Origin: Bacteriovoracia bacterium
Lineage (GTDB): Bacteria > Bdellovibrionota > UBA1018 > JBFWNL01
Assembly (NCBI GenBank): GCA_050251055.1
Contig: JBFWNL010000007.1
Span: forward strand, 64,001-128,000
DNA: 64,000 bases
Direction of reading: 5' to 3'
The translations under genes were made by a program, and so were the position numbers. This document shows positions 58,014 through 64,000 of the stretch, in pieces. The notes under the pieces are model-generated. The model was not told where the DNA came from and made no database searches. It saw only the letters and a list, made by a program, of their open reading frames with translations. Every line of letters begins with the position of its first letter. Position 1 is the first letter of the stretch.

Positions 58014-59502
58014 CAGAAGAGTTAAAATCGTCTGCACGCTAGGCCCCGCGAGCGAAACCCCGGAAAAAATCCAAGGACTGATCGACGCCGGCATGAACGT
58101 CGCGCGCTTGAACTTCAGCCACGGCACGGCCGCGTTCCACCGGGGCCTGTGCACGCGGGTCCGCGAGGGCGCGAAGCGTGCGGGACGCAACGTCGCGGTC
58201 ATGCAGGACCTGCAGGGACCCAAGATTCGCGTGGGCGTCCTGCCCAAGGGCGGCGTTACGTTCAAGGCTGGGGACACCCTGCGTCTGTACCCGGAAAGCA
58301 GCGAGGGCGGCGCGGAAAAGAGCGCCCCGCCCGCCGCCCAGGGAGGGGAGATCCTCGTTCCGCTGCCGGTCGATCTCGCGGGACCGATCAGCAAGGCCGT
58401 GAAGAAAGGCGCGCGGATTCTCTTTGACGACGGGTTGATCGCTACCCGGGTCGCGAAAACTTCCGGCATGGAGATCTTTCTCGAGGTCGAGCAGGGCGGG
58501 AAGCTCACGAGCAACAAAGGGATGAATCTCCCAGGTTCTCCGCTGCCGATCCCCAGCTGCACCGAAAAAGACCTGCGCGATTTGAAAGAAGGGCTGGCCA
58601 TGGGCGTGGATGCCGTCGCGCTCTCTTTCGTGCGCTCCTACAAAGACGTCGAGTTCGTGCAGGATCAGATCCGCAAGAACTCTAACCATCGTCCGCTCGT
58701 GATTTCTAAAGTGGAGCGCGAGGAAGCAGTCGATAGTTTCGAATCGGTGATCGAAGTGTCCGACGGCATCCTCATCGCCCGCGGCGACATGGCGGTGGAA
58801 ATCGGCCCGGATCGGGTACCGGTGGTCCAAAAACAATTGATTTACGCCTGTAACGAGCTCGGGGTGCCGATCATCACCGCCACGCAGATGCTCGAGTCGA
58901 TGGTGAACTCGCCCACGCCCACGCGCGCCGAAGCGAGCGACGTCGCCAACGCCGTATTCGACGGCACGGACGCCGTGATGCTTTCGGCGGAAACCGCTTC
59001 CGGGCAGTTTCCGGCCGAGACGGTGCGCATAATGGATCAGATTATCCGGGGCGCCGAAGGCTCGAGCTACGGCAACGTGAAAGCCCACAAGATTCAGCCC
59101 CTGAAGGGGTCCATCGTCGATTCCATCCAGTTCAGCGCGGCCCGTATCGCCCAGCACGTGAACGCCACCGCGATCGTGGCGATTACCCATTCGGGCACCG
59201 CCGCGCGGACACTCGCGAAATACCGGCCCGAGACGCCGATCATCGCGCTCATGGATAACGAGAATTCGCTCGCCAAGCTCGCCTTTAGCTGGGGCGTGGA
59301 AGGCGTGCTGATCCCAGAAATCCTCTCCACCGACGATTTGTTCCAGATGATCGAGCGCGTGTTGCTGGAGCACAAGCTGGCTCGGAACGAGGACTACGTG
59401 GTCGTCACCGCGGGCATCCCGTCACTCCGACGGGGCACCACAAATATGGTGAAGGTGCATTGCATCGGCGCGGTCATTGAGCGCGCTTCCCGAAAAATTT
59501 AA
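57985..59502 (+). CDS. pyk: Pyruvate kinase
   Basis: KIVCTLGPAS, ARLNFSHG, DLQGPKIR, ARGDMAVE, ATQMLESM, PTRAEASDVANA. Confidence 0.97.
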   Translation: MPDSSNERANRRVKIVCTLGPASETPEKIQGLIDAGMNVARLNFSHGTAAFHRGLCTRVREGAKRAGRNVAVMQDLQGPKIRVGVLPKGGVTFKAGDTLRLYPESSEGGAEKSAPPAAQGGEILVPLPVDLAGPISKAVKKGARILFDDGLIATRVAKTSGMEIFLEVEQGGKLTSNKGMNLPGSPLPIPSCTEKDLRDLKEGLAMGVDAVALSFVRSYKDVEFVQDQIRKNSNHRPLVISKVEREEAVDSFESVIEVSDGILIARGDMAVEIGPDRVPVVQKQLIYACNELGVPIITATQMLESMVNSPTPTRAEASDVANAVFDGTDAVMLSAETASGQFPAETVRIMDQIIRGAEGSSYGNVKAHKIQPLKGSIVDSIQFSAARIAQHVNATAIVAITHSGTAARTLAKYRPETPIIALMDNENSLAKLAFSWGVEGVLIPEILSTDDLFQMIERVLLEHKLARNEDYVVVTAGIPSLRRGTTNMVKVHCIGAVIERASRKI

Positions 59503-59510
59503 CCGTCCGA

Positions 59511-59550
59511 AATACAAAAGGCCCGACGAAGAACTCGCCGGGCCTTCCTT
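59511..59550. terminator. Probable bidirectional terminator
   Basis: AAGGCCCGACGA/TCGCCGGGCCTT stem between convergent genes, with an A-run on the left. Confidence 0.75.
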
Positions 59551-59589
59551 CAGAAACGCGTCGCGTTCCCGAAATGAAACGGATATCGA

Positions 59590-60000
59590 TTAGGCGGCTT
59601 TGAGCAGGGTCTTTTTCTCGATACCCTGCCAGCCGCGGTTCAATTTCTGGTAACGGCGGACATTGCGGGAAAAGTCCGTGGTGAAGCCGCGTTGATACTT
59701 CGTAAACACGCGGTCCAGGTAGTTGTAGTAAGTCTTATAGAGGTGCGTAGCTAGGAAGTTGCCGAACCACGACTTCGGAAATGTGCGGCCTACTTTGTAG
59801 CGGCGGGAGAAGCCACGCACTTCGTGGTTCATGAGGCGGTACCAGGTATTCGCTTCCGATGAGTGGATGAAGTTGCCGACGAAGATGTTCTTGCCATCGA
59901 AGGTGAATCCGACTTCCCAGCCCATCCCGGCGGGTTTTTGGTATGCTTTGCATACGAGCTTTCCATTGCGATAAATCTTGGTTTTCATCAAAGTCTTCAT
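59590..60000 (-). CDS. Hypothetical basic, aromatic-rich protein
   Basis: SD TAAGGAG; 136 aa; ends KAA. Confidence 0.75.
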   Translation of the reverse strand: MKTLMKTKIYRNGKLVCKAYQKPAGMGWEVGFTFDGKNIFVGNFIHSSEANTWYRLMNHEVRGFSRRYKVGRTFPKSWFGNFLATHLYKTYYNYLDRVFTKYQRGFTTDFSRNVRRYQKLNRGWQGIEKKTLLKAA

Positions 60001-60142
60001 CGATTCTCCTTATGGTTTGGTTACAACCAGGAGACTCTTCGGAAGCGCCGCGGGGCGCATTGAGCAAAGAATTCTCAAGTGCCGATTTCTGTCATTGCGG
60101 TGGAAACGACCTGGGCCTCGGACGCCGCAGCAAAGGCGGTGA

Positions 60143-60820
60143 TTATTCGTCCAACGCGACGAGTTCGAAAGCTTTTCGGTTCGCGTCGTACACGACGGAG
60201 GTCGGTGATTTTTCCCACTGCACGAGCTGAATCACGTCGCACTGAGATACCAGTGACACGGTCGCGGCGCCATCGGCGGCGGGTTTTGAATAATCCCCCT
60301 TTTCGCCAATCGCGAGCTCATCGACTTTCGGGGCGTCCAAAGGAATGAGTGGAAGGGCAGGGTCCCCCGGTAAGATGACCAGCTGGGATCGCGGCTTATC
60401 CAGGAGCACGGCGTCGTCGTCCTTCCCGTCGCAGTCGAAATCATGCTTCAGGTGAAATGCCGGAAAGAGCCCACGAGTGGTGAGGCTCGTCATGCCGCCG
60501 CTGGTGGCAAGCTCGTAGACGCGTTCGACCAGGGTGCCGAGCGTCCGCACGCGCGCTTCGGGAAACCGCGCTTGGATGCGTTTCTCCAGGGCGTCAATCC
60601 CTTTTTCCTGCCGGGCTCTGTCGTAGTAAGGCGTGAGTCGGTCCCGGATATCGCCGTAGGTCTCGCGTCCCGAGAGCGGGTCTTCGAGATCGGCTTCGGA
60701 GCGTTTCTGTTCGAGAAAGTACGTGAGGGCCGCGGGTTTACGTTTGAAGATCAGATGCGTGCCGACGGCGCCGCAGACGAGGATCGCGATCAGAACGGTA
60801 AGGAGCGTGTCCCGCGACAT
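60143..60820 (-). CDS. Hypothetical membrane-anchored protein
   Basis: N-terminal TM; DFDCDGKDD Ca-binding-like loop; abuts the serB stop. Confidence 0.65.
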   Translation of the reverse strand: MSRDTLLTVLIAILVCGAVGTHLIFKRKPAALTYFLEQKRSEADLEDPLSGRETYGDIRDRLTPYYDRARQEKGIDALEKRIQARFPEARVRTLGTLVERVYELATSGGMTSLTTRGLFPAFHLKHDFDCDGKDDDAVLLDKPRSQLVILPGDPALPLIPLDAPKVDELAIGEKGDYSKPAADGAATVSLVSQCDVIQLVQWEKSPTSVVYDANRKAFELVALDE

Positions 60821-62044
60821 TTAAAGCATCGCCTCCGCCACGTCTCGCCCCGACAGGCCCAGTAAGTAAAAGATTGAACGGAGATTTTTCTGGTTCAGCG
60901 ACAGTTTCGCTTGTGCGCTGACCAAGGGCTTCGCGTTGAAGGCGATGCCTAGGCCCGCTTTCTCGAGCATCAAAAGATCGTTGGCGCCGTCGCCGACGGC
61001 AATCACTTGGTCGAGGCTGATACGCTCCTGCTGGGCGATGACTTCGAGGAGATCGGCCTTGCGTTGGGCGTTAATGATGGGCGGGAAAACCTTGCCCGTC
61101 ACCGCGCCGCCCACGACCTCGAGCTGGTTGGCGTAAACGTAGTCGATGCCGAGTTTTTCTTTTAGCCGGTCCGCGACGAAGGTGAAACCCCCACTGATGA
61201 GGGCAGTCTTATAGCCCAATCGGCGCAGGACCTGAAACATTTCGATGGCGCCGGGCGTGATTTCAATGCGGGCGAAAACTTTCTCGAAGTCGGCGGCGTT
61301 GGCTCCCTTTAGCTTTGCGCAGCGCTCGCTCAAGCTTTGGTCGAAGTTCATCTGGCCCTTCATGGCCGCGTGGGTGATCGCGGAAACCTCGTCGTATACC
61401 CCGCGCTCGCGCGCTAGCTCGTCGATCACTTCGTTGCGAATCAGCGTCGAATCCATGTCGAAAACCACGAGGCGCTTGGCTCGGCGGAAGAGCCCTTCGG
61501 CTTGAAGAGCCACGTCGACGGCCTGGTTTTGGGCGATCTGCAAAAGCTGTTTTTTCATCGCACTCTGGTCGACGGCGCGGGTGGAGGACACGAGTAGCTC
61601 TACGCAGCTGAAGCCGCTGTCGCTCAGCCGCTGGATGCGGTCGATGTTGAGGCCGAACTTCGCCAGCACCGCGGTCACTTCGTGCAAAGCGGTCGCGGTG
61701 ACTTGCTCGCCGATGAGCGTGAGCGCGTAGCGGTAGCTTTGGGCCGATTCGCGTGCTTCGCGGAACTCGTCGAGCCCGAGCACTTGGAATTCGAGCTTCA
61801 GGCCGAGTTCGGTCGCTTTGAAAAGCAGATCCTTGATGACCGTTTTGTCCTGTTCGTCTTCGGGTTTGAGTTGAAAGAGAATCGAGAGGGAAAGGAGTCC
61901 GTGAATGACCGCTTGGCCGATGTCCAAGATCGTGGCCTGACCTTGGGCGAGAATGCCGGTGAGCTGGGACGTGATCCCGGGGTGGTCATTTCCCGACACG
62001 GTGACGAGAACTACCGAGTTAGAGGGGGACTTGGTTGCGGTCAG
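60821..62044 (-). CDS. serB: Phosphoserine phosphatase with two ACT domains (probable CTG start)
   Basis: LVTVSGNDHPGI, FDMDSTL, ISGGF, GDGANDL; SD TAAGGAG 5 nt before in-frame CTG 62044. Confidence 0.93.
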   Translation of the reverse strand: MTATKSPSNSVVLVTVSGNDHPGITSQLTGILAQGQATILDIGQAVIHGLLSLSILFQLKPEDEQDKTVIKDLLFKATELGLKLEFQVLGLDEFREARESAQSYRYALTLIGEQVTATALHEVTAVLAKFGLNIDRIQRLSDSGFSCVELLVSSTRAVDQSAMKKQLLQIAQNQAVDVALQAEGLFRRAKRLVVFDMDSTLIRNEVIDELARERGVYDEVSAITHAAMKGQMNFDQSLSERCAKLKGANAADFEKVFARIEITPGAIEMFQVLRRLGYKTALISGGFTFVADRLKEKLGIDYVYANQLEVVGGAVTGKVFPPIINAQRKADLLEVIAQQERISLDQVIAVGDGANDLLMLEKAGLGIAFNAKPLVSAQAKLSLNQKNLRSIFYLLGLSGRDVAEAML

Positions 62045-62108
62045 ATACGCTCCTTACCGATTACGTTTAACCGCTACCATAAACCCAGGTGCTTTTCGAC
62101 ACACGCAC

Positions 62109-62135
62109 TCAAGTTTTTGGCGGTAAAACCGATAA
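62109..62135 (+). promoter_or_regulatory. sigma28-like promoter
   Basis: TCAA-N15-ACCGATAA. Confidence 0.7.
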
Positions 62136-62163
62136 TAAAAGTACACTACTTTTGGAGGTTCCC

Positions 62164-62436
62164 ATGCTGGTGACGTGGCTCATGGTGTTCGCGGTGGACG
62201 TGGCGCAAGCACAAGACAAGGACAAGTATCAAGACAAGCATCTTGATCAGAAGACAAGGGATCGTAAACCCGCGGCCGTGTACGCGGCGCCGGCATTACG
62301 GGATGCCATGAGAACCACCGAAGCCGCGCCTTGGCGCTTGAGCGCGCCCGGCGAGTTTCAGCTCGAGACTTCCTCCGCCACCCCTCTCTGGGGAGACCAA
62401 GTTCTCTACCGCAGCGAAGACTGGAAGAAGTACTAA
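62164..62436 (+). CDS. Small exported hypothetical protein
   Basis: SD GGAGG; signal-like N-terminus ending AQA; QDK repeats; RKPA motif. Confidence 0.6.
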   Translation: MLVTWLMVFAVDVAQAQDKDKYQDKHLDQKTRDRKPAAVYAAPALRDAMRTTEAAPWRLSAPGEFQLETSSATPLWGDQVLYRSEDWKKY

Positions 62437-62439
62437 GTC

Positions 62440-63852
62440 ATGTCCGATTCTAGCACCAGACGTCTCCGCATCCTCGTTGCCGAGGACGAAGTCGACCTTC
62501 GGGAGATCATGACTTACATCCTTGAAAGCGAAGGCAACGCCGAAGTGCTGCAAGCGGGCACGGGCCAGGAAGCGATGCGTTTACTTGAGCAGCATCGTGA
62601 CCTCGATCTGATTTTTTGCGATTACAATATGCCGGAAGGAAATGGCGGCGATGTTTACCGCTTTATCCGCGAGCGCGGTCTGGACGTGCCCTACGTCATG
62701 GTGAGCAGCGATCGTCCCGAGGACCATCCCATTTTTCAAGGAGCGGAGTTGGCGGGATATGTTTCGAAACCGTTCGTGAAGCAAGGCCTCTTGGATCTGG
62801 TCCAGGGCGCCCGCGGACAGTCGACGCTGCCGCCTACGGACGTGGAAGTACTGGATGAGTCCGCCTTCCTAAAGCTGGGGTTGGCGAGCTTCGCGGGCGT
62901 CACCGAGCTTAGCTTTGATGTCTACGTGCGTCTGTCCGACCGCAAATTCATCCGGTTCATGAAAGCAGGCGATCCGTTCGGGGATAACGAGCGCGGGCGC
63001 TTTCAGGCCAAGCAGATCACCGAGGTTTTTGTGAAGCGCGCGAAAGCCTCCGAGCTATTTCGCCAATTTAAAAGTGGCCTTCTCAATATTCCGCGCCTGC
63101 TTTCGGTGACCCCTACGGAGTCGGTGCGTATTTCCGCACGCACTTCAGCGATCATTCGGGACCTGTCCGTGTGCTTCGGGTGGAGCGAAGAAGTTCAAGA
63201 CCTTACGAATCAAAGCATCCAAGTGGTGCTCACGCAGCTGAAACGTTCGGGAGAGTTCACGAACTTCTTGGAGCGCCTTGAGTTCCACGCCAACGACTAT
63301 TTCGGCAGTCACTGCGCGCTGCTGGCTTTCGTAGCCAATGGCCTCGCCAACGAAATAGGTTGGACCTCCGAGCTGACCGCTTATAAATTGAGCTTTGCGG
63401 CTTATCTGCACGACATGGAGCTGACGGATGCGCAGATTCTGCGCGTCCATGACCTAAACCGGATGGGGGGCTCACCTGAGTTTTCCGACCTGCCCGATGT
63501 GCAGAAATACCTTCAGCACCCTCTGAAGATGGTCGAGCGTCTCGCCGGATGGAACGATCTGCCGCCGGACGTGGCTACGATCATCGGTCAGCATCATGAG
63601 CAGATGGACGGCAAAGGCTTCCCGCTTGGGTTACCTGCGCGGAAGATCGCACCGCTTTCAGCGCTTTTTATCATCGCGCAGGACTTCGTCGATTTCCAGC
63701 TTGTCCAGGCGCGGCCCGGCTCTGCGCAGTTCCAACGCAACCTCGTGAACTTGTTTCTCACGTCACGAGAAAGTGTCTATACCGCAGGCCAGTTCCGGCA
63801 GATTTTTCAGGCGCTCGCCAAGGGCGTGGCGCGGTCCAAGCTAGCGAGTTAG
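62440..63852 (+). CDS. Response regulator with a degenerate HD-GYP-like domain
   Basis: REC domain (AEDE, CDYNMP, SKPF); LHDMEL; HHEQMDGKGFP. Confidence 0.85.
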   Translation: MSDSSTRRLRILVAEDEVDLREIMTYILESEGNAEVLQAGTGQEAMRLLEQHRDLDLIFCDYNMPEGNGGDVYRFIRERGLDVPYVMVSSDRPEDHPIFQGAELAGYVSKPFVKQGLLDLVQGARGQSTLPPTDVEVLDESAFLKLGLASFAGVTELSFDVYVRLSDRKFIRFMKAGDPFGDNERGRFQAKQITEVFVKRAKASELFRQFKSGLLNIPRLLSVTPTESVRISARTSAIIRDLSVCFGWSEEVQDLTNQSIQVVLTQLKRSGEFTNFLERLEFHANDYFGSHCALLAFVANGLANEIGWTSELTAYKLSFAAYLHDMELTDAQILRVHDLNRMGGSPEFSDLPDVQKYLQHPLKMVERLAGWNDLPPDVATIIGQHHEQMDGKGFPLGLPARKIAPLSALFIIAQDFVDFQLVQARPGSAQFQRNLVNLFLTSRESVYTAGQFRQIFQALAKGVARSKLAS

Positions 63853-64000
63853 CTATTTTCTAGCGTCGAGCCAAGTTTTGCAGAAACCCTGGTAGTTTTC
63901 GGCAATCTTCATCGCGGCTTCCTCACGCGAGCATTTGCCTTCCTTCACGGCCTTGAGCGGTTCCCAGAAGATGGAGCGACCGATGGCGAAGCCGGTGAAA
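63853..64000 (-). CDS. DUF2090 (IolC C-terminal aldolase-like) protein, 3' end only
   Basis: Manual translation gives FTGFAIGRSIFWEPL...SREEAAMKIAENY...WLDARK*. Confidence 0.7.
   Translation of the reverse strand, partial: FTGFAIGRSIFWEPLKAVKEGKCSREEAAMKIAENYQGFCKTWLDARK

Noticed and set aside
60036-60085. Possible sigma54 or sigma28 promoter for the 59590-60000 gene
   Set aside because: GG-GC spacing is 16 nt and the sigma28-like -10 (TCCGAAGA) is weak.
1-64000. CRISPR arrays, tRNA/rRNA, IS elements, prophage or defence systems
   Set aside because: No regularly spaced DNA repeats, cloverleafs, or recombinase/phage motifs seen; the Big_2 repeats are diverged protein-level repeats. A by-eye scan could miss short RNAs.

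Overview
Gene-dense, GC-rich bacterial chromosome segment with about 58 CDS. I recognised no rRNA, tRNA, CRISPR array, integrase or transposase. The short 277-aa flagellin, CglB-like vWA lipoprotein, long MCE protein, ArsA pair and many orphan lipoproteins suggest a Bdellovibrionota-like, possibly predatory, organism (inference). Housekeeping genes include gshA (partial), trmB, typA, mutY, mutS, pyk and serB. The most notable locus is 17.1-29.2 kb: a Gfo/Idh/MocA dehydrogenase, ino1, a CDP-alcohol phosphatidyltransferase, a class III aminotransferase, an MMPL transporter fused to an Aur1-like (inositol-phosphorylceramide synthase/PAP2) domain, and divergent mlaE-mlaD. This looks like a make-and-export module for an inositol or amino-inositol phospho(sphingo)lipid. 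Other notable items: a gamma-glutamylation operon probably for an amino-alcohol; a 13-repeat Big_2 lipoprotein; a pilin-anchored fibre-like protein; a stand-alone FliG C-terminal domain; sigma28- and sigma54-type promoters; a recurring TGACTA-N3-TAGTCA palindrome; CsrA-type GGA hairpins on both sides of the flagellin gene; a probable CTG start for serB; and a candidate ~200-nt structured RNA at 50963-51160. All calls come from motif recognition by eye; no database search was run.
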